A stretch of DNA of 64,000 nt from assembly GCF_041146345.1 (NCBI RefSeq), contig NW_027191415.1, positions 1,302,001 through 1,366,000 of the forward strand, in the 5' to 3' direction. The notes beneath the pieces are model-generated. The model searched no databases, had not been told where the DNA came from, and saw nothing but the letters and a program-made list of their open reading frames with translations. The position numbers and the translations under genes are program-made. This DNA comes from Neodothiora populina. Its lineage: Eukaryota. This document shows positions 49,262 through 60,518 of this stretch, one piece after another. Each line of letters starts with the position of its first letter. The stretch's first letter is position 1.

Positions 49262-50553
49262 ATGTCTGCGCCCAAGCGGATAGAGCAGTGGGAGATTGAC
49301 CGCTACTGGGACATCTTCACATCACTCGGCGGCGGCGGCACACATCTCGACGGCAACCAAGCGGCGTCCGTCCTCAAGAACAGTCAACTACGAGACGACC
49401 AGCTCGAGCGGGTGTGGGATCTGGCCGATGTCGACAATGACGGGCGATTGGACTTTGAGGAGTTTTGCGTCGCCATGCGGTTGATCTTTGACTTGGTCAA
49501 CGGGGTGAGTTCTGATTGGAAAGGGGAGACGAAGCAGGTCTAGGCAGGCAACTAACAAACCACCAGGAATACCTCGACGTCCCTCAGACTCTCCCCGACT
49601 GGCTCGTGCCGGAATCCAAAGCACATCTGATCCAGGCCTCAAAAGCCATCACGGGCCACCAGCCGCAGTTCGAATCAGTCGACGACTACGACGATGACGA
49701 CGACACGCCGGGGCTCAAGGACGGCTTCGACTGGTACATGTCCAAGTCCGACCGATCCAAATACGAAGAAATCTACACGGCGAATCGCGACGGCCGAGAC
49801 GGCAGCATCACCTTCGAGTCGCTCGCCGGGCTCTACGACTCGCTCGACGTGCCCGACACGGACATCCGCAGCGCCTGGAACCTCGTGAACCCGCGCTCCG
49901 ACCTGGCCATAGGCAAGGACGCTTGTCTCGCCTTCCTGCACATCCTCAACAACCGTCACGAGGGCTTCCGCATCCCACGCTCCGTCCCGCCATCGCTGCG
50001 CGCCACCTTCGAACAGGGCAAGATCGAATACCAGATCGACAAGCAACAGACGGCGGCGCAGCGATGGGGCGCCAAACGCGACGACAACACGCTGACGGGC
50101 AAAAAAGCAAAGTTCGGCGACTCATACCTCAGCCGGTTGGGCGTGGGCGACCGCGCCGCTCCCAAAGGCACAGACTTCAGCAGCACGCGCACAGACGGCG
50201 AGTGGGAGGAAGTGCGTCTCAAGCGCCAACTGAAAGAGCTCGAGGACAAGATGGCCAAGGTGGAAGAGGCGGCGCAGAGGAAACGCGACAGGGGCGGCAG
50301 ACGCGACGATCACAGCAAGCCTGCCCTCGTCAAGCGCGAGCTCGAGCAGCTTTTGGACTGGAAGCGCAAGCAACTGCGAGACTTGGAGACGGGCGAGGGC
50401 ACGGCCAAGGTGGGTCAGAGTCTCAAGGGCATGGCCGACGAGATCGCCATGGTCAAGGAACAGGTCGACGGGCTCGAGCAGCACCTGAGGAAGAGAGAGG
50501 CCGTGCTGGATGATTTGAAGCGACAGATTGAGGACGAGAAGGCACAGAGGTAG
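49262..50553 (+). CDS. END3: Endocytosis / actin-regulatory complex protein End3 (two EH domains + coiled coil); intron 49505-49566
   Basis: [59 protein letters not shown] and KGTDFS...[10 protein letters not shown]. Confidence 0.93.
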
Positions 50554-51179
50554 ATTTCGTTTGATTTTCCATTGCATGGACCAAGTAGAAGGTTCACTAG
50601 AGCAAGCAAGACGAATAAGCTGTATAGCGCATCCCTCTATCTGTATCAATCATGTCAATAATACTATGCCATTTCAAGGCACACCAGCAGCGATTGTCCC
50701 AGCCTAAGCCCCTGCTTTCTTCAATCAAACCCGCTGTGTTTCGAGACGAATAGGAAGTCATAGGCAGTTTAGGTGAAAATATAGCAATATCTTTATCATC
50801 TAAAATTGAACAGAAGAGCATAGAAAGTATGTCCTGGATAAGCATACCTTGCCTTGACTTAGCCGCCTCTTGATCCTATCCTGCTTGACTGTCCCAAGTA
50901 CGGTCAAGTACGGCAGGTACATAGACCTTTTTCCTCTGCGCCATCCAAACTCCGTCCACTCGCTCCTTCCCAATCCTCCCAGACTGCCCTTTCCAACCCC
51001 TGTCTTTACCCCCAAAACGTGTGAATAACAGAAAAACGCCCTGGTGGACAAGAAGAGAATAAGACAAATTGGAAACAGGAATAGAACAGGAATAGAATCA
51101 AATCGGAGGGGGGGTATCTTTTTAGTGGTGAAATTTATCCTGTGAAGCAGCAGATTTCCCAAACCAGGTTTCAAGTCTC

Positions 51180-51182
<3 letters not shown>

Positions 51183-51214
<32 letters not shown>
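51183..51214. repeat. (TC)16 microsatellite
   Basis: Read directly; lies in the 3' flank of the phosphatase-like gene. Confidence 0.9.
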
Positions 51215-51218
<4 letters not shown>

Positions 51219-51293
51219 GCATATCCAGGTGGGGGGCCTCGCAGTATTGGTCGATGGTCTCTCATCTCTTTCTGATCATTCTCCTTCTCTTCT

Positions 51294-51676
51294 CTATCGA
51301 GTCGTGGCGTCGACGAAGGGCGCAAACGTCCGTCCTCCGAACCTCTCAGCGTCGCCTTCCTGCGCCGTCGTGTCCATGTCTATGTCGTCGTCGTCATCGC
51401 TGTCGTCGCGACTGAGTGCTCGCTTCGACGAACTCCTGTTCATTGCCATATTTGTACTCGTGTGCGCGCGGCCGACGTCTCGCTTGGCTGTCAGAATGGC
51501 CTGGTAGCTCTGCAGCATGCGCTTGAATGTGTCGTCGAAGTTGACGCAGAAGCGCTGGGACTGTACGAGTTGCATTGCGCGGATGAAATCGACGTCCTCA
51601 TGCACATCCATCATATAGGCTGCCACGACCGCCGCCGATCTCTCGTTGCCGCTTTCGCAGAAGACGAGGATCTTGC

Positions 51677-51713
<37 letters not shown>

Positions 51714-52244
51714 GTCTGACTTTGTGCTGTTTTCTTGCTGTCTTTTTTGGAAACTGACGAGGTGGTCGTTGATCTTGTCGTTCATGACAGGAAACAAGGA
51801 CACCAAGTCGTTGTCTGAGCATAGATCCACCGTCTCGGCCTGAATGTCTAGCTCACCTGCCACTCGCAGCGCCGCATCCATGATTTTGCTGTCGAATCGA
51901 CGGTGTTTCCTGCGAACGGCCACGACGAGAGTGATGCCTTCTCGGCGCAGGAAATCACGATCTTTGGCTGCATTTAATGGGCCGAGATACAGAAAGGGGA
52001 GAACGGCTTGGGCTTCACGGCGACGTTCGTATGACCAATCCAGCAGGGACGAAGTGGTCATGCCCGAATACGAGACATTTCGCAGGGCGGGATGTGATGG
52101 CACTGAGAGATTCCATTGAGGTGCCACTGCTGCATTGATTGACGGCGGCGGCACGACGATGCGGGGAGGTGTCGGCACTCGATAAGAGTACTCCTCGTTA
52201 CGGAGGTGCGACATGGGACTGCCGCCGGATGAAGACGAGTTCAT
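51294..52244 (-). CDS. Dual-specificity phosphatase-fold protein (STYX-like fungal family)
   Basis: WSYERRREAQAVLPFLYLGP, GKILVFCESGNERSAAVVAAY (CX5R) and QSQRFCVNFD. ATG at 52244. Contains a poly-Thr tract from (ACG)n. Confidence 0.85.
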
Positions 52245-53264
52245 TGTGTAGGAGCAAAAAGAGGTGGGAATGCAAGGAATAACAACGTTGAGACAAGGCA
52301 AGGCAGGACAAGTCTACGACAGAGCTTGGGTGGATGACACACTACTCCCGGTCAGTCCTCGAAGATATCGAGTGGCTTGAAGTGTAAGTGAAACATCAGA
52401 TAGGTGCGTGGAATCCGGATCCAGCCTTACTGGTCACCGAGGCACATCTGAAACCGACCTTTTCTTATCTATTGCATAGCGCAGTCAGTGGGGAACAAGA
52501 GAGGTGCGTAGTCACGTATGGCTGGGAAAGCATCTTTTTTTGTCAAGGTACTACAGTATGATTGCCCTGGTTTATATATATAAGTGATGATCCCTCGGCA
52601 TGGAATTGATTGATCGATTGCCCTTTCGGCCAGCCCTGATGAGCGGATCTATCATTAATCATTAATCGTTAACCACTTATCATTGACCACTAATTATTGG
52701 GCACTTGTACTTTGTCCCTCTGATCCGTGAATCTTTGCTTTGACTTTACCCTAGACTTTTTGCCAAAAATACTCCGAGTCCCGGGAAACCGACCGACCGA
52801 CCGCCCACCCGCCAGTGGCATCAGACTCTCTTCAGCGGCATCGTCACATCACCTTCAATAATACCTTACCTTCGCTTCAGCAAGCCTGCATCAACGCTCC
52901 ATCTAATCCACAACCCCGCAACGACGAATACGACAATGATCTTCAGGCACGAGACTCCCGACTCCATTATACTCTGTTTATCCTCAATACGTCTGCTTCA
53001 CGTCGTGCATTGCCTATGTGGTGTCGATCCAGTCAAGTCTCGTCCTGCCCATCTTGTGCTCCTCATGCTGCGGAGATCGACCTTTCTCCTGCCTCTTGTA
53101 ACTGATCGCTCACACACATGACACTTCTTGTGCGCATAAATTGACATCAATAGTATACTGCCTATAGGGTAGGTAGTATGCCGGCTCTCATAAGTACACC
53201 TCTCTGCCATCCTTTCCTCAGACTTGTTTCTCTTTATATGCCGCCTTGCTATTCACCAGCCACA

Positions 53265-55285
53265 ATGCATGTCCTGTTCTTTCCTGTGATCATTACATTC
53301 ATCTGTATCGTGCATGCCCAATGTCCTGACTATGCCGACTACTCTGCTCTCCATCATGCTCCTTTCTCCGACGGACGCTACAATCTGTCGTCTCAGCGGC
53401 CGAGTCCTGCTTGTCGCACTTTCAATTCCACCATCGTAGAAACAACCATCAACGCCACTGTTGCAGATATCGCTGACCCAGATCTCGCTCGCCTATTCCT
53501 CAATTCGTTTCCGAATACTCTAGATACTGCCATTAAGTGGAAAGGTTATGCAGCGAACGGTTCTGACGAAGAGCTGACATTCGTCATCACCGGTGACATC
53601 AACGTAACACAACGCATGGGTCTCAGCATTGCTTGATGTATACTGACTCCTGCAGGCGATGTGGTTGCGAGACTCTGCCAACCAGATGCAATCCTATCAA
53701 CAACTCCTCACTGCCTCCAATTCCTCGGATTCGCTGGCATCTCTCTACAGGGGCGTCATCAATCTGCAGTCTCGCTACATTCTGACCTCACCATATTGCA
53801 ATGCTTTCCAGCCCCCAGCCGAGTCTGGCATCGATCCAGTGTCCAGTCCCATCAATGGCAACATCTACCCGACTTATGACAACAGTTCTGTCTTCGAATG
53901 CAAATACGAGCTTGACTCTGTCGCGGCCTTTCTCGAGATCTCTTCAGACTACTACACTGCTACCCAAGATCTTGCTTTCTTCGGAAAATACAACTGGGTT
54001 GAGACTGTCGAAGCAATCTTGTCTCTGACAGATGCAATGAAGACTCCTACTTTTGCGGCAAACGGCAGCGTCAATCCATCTCCGTATTCATTCCAGAAGA
54101 TGACGCTGCGCGGATCCGAAACGCTTCTCAACAACGGCCTCGGTAGTCCGGTGAACAATAATACTGGTCTCATCCGCTCGGCGTTTCGACCCTCGGACGA
54201 TTCTACCATCTACCAGTTCTTCATACCCGCAAACATGATGTTCTCGACATACCTTTCTTCTGCAGCAGACATCATGCGTGGACTAGGAAACACCGACCTC
54301 GCCGACTCGATGAGCAGTCTATCTTCCAGCCTGCGCACCGCAATCGATGACTATGGGATTGTCTCCAGCAGGATAAACGGCGACATCTACGCCTACGAGG
54401 TTGACGGCTACGGGGGCGCGAATATCATGGACGACGCCAACATTCCTTCTTTGCTCTCTGCGGCTTTCTTTGGATTTGTTGATGTCAATGACACTGTTTA
54501 CCAGAATACCAGGAAGCAGGTGCTGAGTCCGCAGGGAAACCCTTATTTCAACTTCGGGACTGTCTTGAGTTCTGTCGGTGGTCCGCATGACGGTCCCGGT
54601 GCGTCTGTTCTTTCTCTTATCACCTCGTTGCCCCACAAAATCGAGCGGCCTTGTCGTCTGGGGATTCAAACGAGACGCTGAGATTAAATCACAGGCTACG
54701 CCTGGCCAATGGCGTCGATCGTCCGCATCTTGACATCATCCGACGACGAAGAGATCACCGATCAACTGCGGCAGATCCTGAGCAGCACTGACGGTCTAGG
54801 CCTGATCCACGAGAGCATAAACACTTTCGATCAAAGTGACTGGACGCGGCAATGTACGTTCTTCTTTTCTATCACTAGCGATATCCCTCATCTGTACTTT
54901 TCTATTCTCTTCTCTGCTTTCCCCGGATGCCAATCCAGAATAAAGGAGAAGACAGAGTCCCGCATTGGATCGTGTCAAGGCCATGCTGATAAAATCCCAT
55001 AGGGTTCAGTTGGGCCAACGGCCTCTTCGGCCAGATGATCCTAGAGTACGTCCAGTCCAATCGAGTCCTTCTTCCGCCCCGCCCCTGTCACTTCTTCCGC
55101 ACCCACCCCTACATTCCGTTGGCCTGCCATCTATCGCTCCCAAACCCGAGAACCTCTGTCCATACCTGATCAACCAGTCGAACTCACCTCGTCTAAATAA
55201 AAACGAAAGGAACGTGCTGACGGGTCTGGACATGCATAGCTTGAAGGAGCGTAAACCTCATATCCTGCAAATGGGCTTTCAGTGA
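53265..55285 (+). CDS. Secreted glycoside hydrolase family 125 (exo-alpha-1,6-mannosidase-like, DUF1237); 5 exons
   Basis: Signal peptide; [64 protein letters not shown] and WFSWANGLF. Introns 53604-53655, 54599-54694, 54854-55002 and 55046-55239 restore the frame. Confidence 0.92.
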
Positions 55286-55779
55286 GACTTGTGCTGTGAT
55301 GAATTAATGTACGACCGAGAAAGTATCCTTGGTTGAGTGGTGTTCATCGAGCGCCAATATCGGTCAGGCCCGGCGAGCGGTCTGACTCGCTTGGTGGGAC
55401 TGATGGTATCTCATTACAGAGGGACGAGAATAAGAGGAAATGGAGGAGTGGATATGGTCATGATTTGATGAAGAAGTCACATGGTGATGAACAAGAGGCG
55501 TAGGGATGCATTGCCGTTAAAGATCTTTGATTCTCTGATTCCATCCCGCAGCTTCGGTGTATATCATGACGACTTGACTGATGACAAGGCGCGCGCATCG
55601 AAAGAATAAAAGTCTCATTTAGTAGTGGTTCTATCTACACTAGGAGACTCCCATACCGCCACGTCCCCGTCGAAAGATCCGCTGTCTATTCACCGCCTGC
55701 TCCATCTTTTGCAGCGACCTGCTTCCCTGTCCCCTATATCCTCTGACCTCCATCACCCTTGCCATCTTTACTCCAACAA

Positions 55780-58254
55780 TCAAGGAATGACAAGCGCCCC
55801 CATACTCCTCTGATCAGCAAGCACAAACTCGAGCAGCGCTCCAAGCAGCTTCTCGTCGAGTCCGAGCCCCTGCAGCCTGCTGAGCCTATTACTAAACGGC
55901 GCCTTGTCAGCGCTCAGAGCACCCCAAATGGCGGACTTGGTGTTGTAGTCCAGCTGCGTCTCGTCGACGAGTCTGAAGACGTGTGCCGAGACGTCTGTGG
56001 GCGCCAATTGGGGATTTTCTTTGCCGAGGTGGATCTCGATCTTGTCTTTTCCGGCGGGGAGTTTCTTGACGTGCACGCTGACTCCGCTTGAGGACCTGGT
56101 GATTGTGGAGGCTTGGGACTGGTCGTCGCCGTCAATTAGAGTCCTGATGCTGTCGTCGGGTATGGTGGTGTCGAGCGCGACGAATTTGACGGTCCAGTCT
56201 CGCTGCTCTAGGGATAGAGACTCGATGCTGAGGACGCCTTTGCTTTGGTCGAAGCGAATGTGTGTGGTGGCGAATTGCACGAGATTGACATCGTTGCCGC
56301 TGCCGTCGTCTTCTTTCATGTCGAACGATCCGTCGGCGCCGACCGCGACGACAATCTCGATGCTGTCCGGGTTCTTGCCTCCGTTACCTGGCTCCAGTGA
56401 TCCATCAAGAGGCACGATTGATCCTTCGTGGCAGAAGACCGCGTACTCGTCAAGAGTACGATAGAGGTTAAGTTCACGATCGCCATCGTACACAAGACCG
56501 GAGAACATGTCGACGAAGCGACCAGGAGGCAACCATGCGCGAGCTTTGGCCCTACGAGTCGAAGTATCGCGAGGAGACGTCAACGGTACAACGAAGAGTT
56601 CGGATCCGAAGAAAAAGGTGTTCTTTGCGTTGTACGCTTCGCCGATTCTGGGATACTCCCAGTAGACCGGCTGCACCAGTGGTTCATTGTCCATGGCTGA
56701 TCGCACGTTCATAGTGTAAATGTACGGGATTAAACGATGTCGTAAGCGCAAAGCGTTCTTCTGGATCTCGCACGCTTCAGCATTGTATCTCCACGGTTCC
56801 TTGCTGTTCCAGGGATTGTTGTTTGAGTGAAGACGAAGTATGGGAGAAAAGACACCGAGCTGCACCCATCGAGTCTCGAGTTCATCATCCTTGTAGCCAT
56901 TCATGTGGCCACCGATATCGTGACTCCACCATCCATAACCTATGTTCGAAGACGTGGCAGTGAACTCTGGCTGGAAGTCCAGGCTCTCCCATGTCACAAC
57001 AGTATCACCAGAGAAACCAACAGGATAACGGTGACTGCCAGGTCCAGCATAGCGTGAGAACGTCAAAGCTCTTCCGTTGCGAGCATTGCGCATGAAGTGA
57101 AAGTGGTTCAACACCCAGAGCGGATCGACACCCTTGGCTGCGCTGATCTCGCCCTGTTGCCAGTCCACCCACCAAAAGTCCACGCCTTCGTCTTCGAGCT
57201 TACGAAGGACAATACCAAAATAGCTGTCCAAGAACTTCTTATCAGCTGCTTCAAATGCAATAGGGTCCTTGTTGGCCAAAGTTTCTTTCAGGTCAAGTGC
57301 ATCGCATACTTCCCTGTAGGCATCCTCGTAATCGGCTATGCCATCTGCTGGATGATCGTTCAAGGTCACGCGCAAGTCCCGCTTGTGAAGTTCTGCCAAG
57401 AACTTTTTGGGGTCCGGAAACATGTCTGTGTTCCAGCTGTAGCCTGTCCAGCCAGACAATCCAGACTCGGCGACTCTCTTGTCATCAACCCAATGCCATC
57501 CCATGTCGATGACAGCCACACTCAAAGGCACTTTGTTCTCGATGGAGAACTTGTCCATGAGCTCCAGATATGTGTCGGTAGTGTAGTCATAATACCTACT
57601 CCACCAGTTGCCTAGCGACCAACGAGGTAGGAGCGGTTGACTTCCGGAGACGGCATAGAAAGCCTTAACAGCAGCTTTGTAGTCAAGTCCGTAGGCAAAG
57701 AGATAACCATCACAACGAGGCCCTCCCGAACGTCTTCCTCCTACCCAGCCTTCATCGGTGAACAGCATGCTATTGGAATCATCAATGTTTGCAAAGCCAT
57801 TTCGAGAGATGAAACTCGGTCCGACGGGTATGCGTCCATTGGCGTTGTCCAATGTCCTCGCAGTGCCGCCCAGTTGCCATCCGTCCTCGCTGTGATCACT
57901 GTATCGCCATTTGGAATGCCAATCAGTGATATTGCCAAGGACAAGCACATTCAAACCATTGACACTGAATTCTTGCTTGTTGTACTGCAGGTGGAAGCGC
58001 TCAGTGATGATTTCTAGCCCATCCTCACGCTCGTTGACTCGGAATTTGGGAACTGGTAGGTCTCGTTTGATTGCAAAAGTAGAGGCACGATCCTCAAAAA
58101 CGCCATCATGCGCATACTCGTAACGAATTAATCCATCATCAAGGACAGTGAAACGGTACTTGAGACCATCTTTGCCGCCTACGATGGCGTTTTTGTTGGC
58201 TTTCGGACGAGTGTCTAAGATCTTGTACTGTGTTGAAGCATTTGTTTCAGACAT
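55780..58254 (-). CDS. Glycoside hydrolase family 31 (GH31_u1-like, intracellular, intronless)
   Basis: LGGTARTLD, LGNWWSRY, VIDMGWH, WTGYSWN, nucleophile region VDFWWVDWQQG, HRYPVGFSGDT, WWSHDIGGH and FSPILRLH. Probable start MSETNAS at 58254. Confidence 0.92.
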   Translation of the reverse strand: MSETNASTQYKILDTRPKANKNAIVGGKDGLKYRFTVLDDGLIRYEYAHDGVFEDRASTFAIKRDLPVPKFRVNEREDGLEIITERFHLQYNKQEFSVNGLNVLVLGNITDWHSKWRYSDHSEDGWQLGGTARTLDNANGRIPVGPSFISRNGFANIDDSNSMLFTDEGWVGGRRSGGPRCDGYLFAYGLDYKAAVKAFYAVSGSQPLLPRWSLGNWWSRYYDYTTDTYLELMDKFSIENKVPLSVAVIDMGWHWVDDKRVAESGLSGWTGYSWNTDMFPDPKKFLAELHKRDLRVTLNDHPADGIADYEDAYREVCDALDLKETLANKDPIAFEAADKKFLDSYFGIVLRKLEDEGVDFWWVDWQQGEISAAKGVDPLWVLNHFHFMRNARNGRALTFSRYAGPGSHRYPVGFSGDTVVTWESLDFQPEFTATSSNIGYGWWSHDIGGHMNGYKDDELETRWVQLGVFSPILRLHSNNNPWNSKEPWRYNAEACEIQKNALRLRHRLIPYIYTMNVRSAMDNEPLVQPVYWEYPRIGEAYNAKNTFFFGSELFVVPLTSPRDTSTRRAKARAWLPPGRFVDMFSGLVYDGDRELNLYRTLDEYAVFCHEGSIVPLDGSLEPGNGGKNPDSIEIVVAVGADGSFDMKEDDGSGNDVNLVQFATTHIRFDQSKGVLSIESLSLEQRDWTVKFVALDTTIPDDSIRTLIDGDDQSQASTITRSSSGVSVHVKKLPAGKDKIEIHLGKENPQLAPTDVSAHVFRLVDETQLDYNTKSAIWGALSADKAPFSNRLSRLQGLGLDEKLLGALLEFVLADQRSMGALVIP

Positions 58255-58819
58255 GATGGGATGATAATACAGTAGCAGAGGAGGACGAACACCGACAAGA
58301 TGCACAACGACGGTTTGTACACACGGGTGGGTGGTCGCATGCGGGATGACATCTTTCCTTGAAAACTACCTTCCAAGGTTAGCTTGGAAGCTGTGACGTT
58401 GAGCTTACATCCATTCCGTTGAAGACGGGTTTCTGTGGAGAACCAGGCCAAGGCAACTTGCGGTGTCAATTACACGTGTGTGACACAGCTGTCACAGTTC
58501 TAGGTCGATCAGTAAGAGCCTCATTGTTGCGGATTTGGACTCGGTCGAGTTTGTGGAATCAAAACACACCTAGAAGCTATTCAAGTTCTTGCAGAATTGG
58601 CCCCAGCATTATTGTGGGTTCCCCGGTCGTTCTCAGAAGACGAAATCAACAATGACCACGCCAAGGCTGCGGAGACAACGTGGAGATACTGTACCTTGAT
58701 GTTCATGAAGCATCGATGCCCGGTAGTCTCTCGAAACAGCGTACAATGTAGGATACAAGGTAGACATAAGCATAATAAATGTCGTAACATGTCATTGAAA
58801 TAACTCTCTTCTACAGCCA

Positions 58820-59911
58820 TCAACTTCGGCGTGCCTTGGACTCAGCCCAGTCCTGCTCTAGTTTCTTCAGTCTATCAATGTGCGAAGTGTCCGTAAAACC
58901 ATCCTTTGCGAATCGCCATACACGACGGATCCAGCGACCTCTGCCATACGCATCGTCAAAGTACGCGTTCATGGCTTTGTCGCCGTGTCTCTCCGAGTAT
59001 AGGTTGTCTACGAAAGCTCTCTCGAAGTGACATTTGATTTCCATGTCTTCTTTGGATATTCTGCCACCACCTTCGGCATAGAGCTTGGGCGGTAAGAGAT
59101 CAACATCACCATCATAATACTGTTTGATGGACGAAGAGAATGTCTCATCCTCGGGAACACCATCTACCTGTTCAATTGCTCGAATAGTAAGTAAGGTAAT
59201 GACATCTGGTGATGCTTGGGATTTGTCTCTGTCGTCGACCTCTCCTGTGCCAAACGACACGACGTCTACGTCTTCTGCCGCTGCCGAGTATTGGTAGCTC
59301 GACAGAGACTGAAGAGGTAGCTCTAGTTGCTCTAATCTCCGTTGTCCGCAGGCCAATCGACCGGAATTTGCAAACTGGACAGTCTCAAAGCTTGCCAATA
59401 TACGAACGAGCTCGTCACTCATATTCAGCTTCTCCGCCAAGGACATGTCGTTGTAGACTTGACTCAACGGCGTGCCACCCAATCGCGTCTGTAGGGAAAA
59501 AGGAGAGCCAATGGCATTATCTTTGGTGCTGTCATAGGCAAGCACTTCTGGCGCGGGAACGCCTATGGTAGCGGCCAAGCCGAGGATCGCGGCTTGATCT
59601 TGTACATGTCGGTGCGAGGGAATATCCTCGTTGAGCCAGCGTGGAATGCGCAGAATTACTCCGACGTCTTTGCTAGCCGCGGTGACTTCGTGGCTGACAT
59701 GTAAGATGGCGGCCACAACTCTGTTGAAGCTACCGCCCTGGAGCCGTTCGATGCCATCTAGTGTGATCCCAAGCTCTTGGGTAAGACAAGCTATCTTGTG
59801 TCGGAATGAAGAGAATGGCTCGTGAGAATACTGGTAGGTAGATGTCGAATTTGGGGTTGTGCTTGATGATGCATCCGACTCACACGCTTGAGATGCTGGC
59901 TTATCAACCAT
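58820..59911 (-). pseudogene. Aminoglycoside-phosphotransferase / protein-kinase-like (APH family) gene lacking the catalytic core
   Basis: STYQYSHEPF, ERLQGGSFNRVV, ILRIPR, VPAPEVLAYD, PFSLQTRLGG and C-terminal YGRGRWIRRVWRFA are present, but there is no HxD or DWD/DWE motif between them. The frame stays open. Confidence 0.6.
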
Positions 59912-60518
59912 CAAAAGCCACCCGCGGTTTCGAGCATAGTCGGACGAAGTGTCACCATAGCATGATGCATGCGCATGAATGAAATGAGCTCTGGTAAGGC
60001 GCACCGTTGTGTTGCCTAGACTTACTAAGCTTGGCTCTTCACATACCTGGTAGCTTGGGATTTCGCATAACATTATGTACCACGTCGGTGGAAAGTTTCT
60101 TCATATTGCGATCAAGCCTGGTAACATCTCGATTCCGTGAGGGCAAGGAAAACCTTGAACGTCGCTGGCGGAGCGAAATCGAGTGAGGCGCGACCACAGG
60201 GATATCTAAATGAGTCACCTATCCTCCCTATCGCTGCCTAGAGTACAGTCCAGGTCTCGGCGTACGCTACGGACACCACTTGCCTTGTGGTACAGATACA
60301 TCAATGTGAGGTGAGTTTCAGGTCTGCTCCCCCTTTCAAGATGTAGCCCGCATACAATCCTGATATATCCTACAAGCGTGCTGAAAACAGACGCAACAAG
60401 TCATGAATATGGAACTCCATGAGAGACCAGAAAAAAAGCGAAAGGTATGACTGGCTATTTGGGGGGTCTTAATAATCGTCAAACACATGTTAATCTCTAC
60501 TAAAAACAACGAACAACA

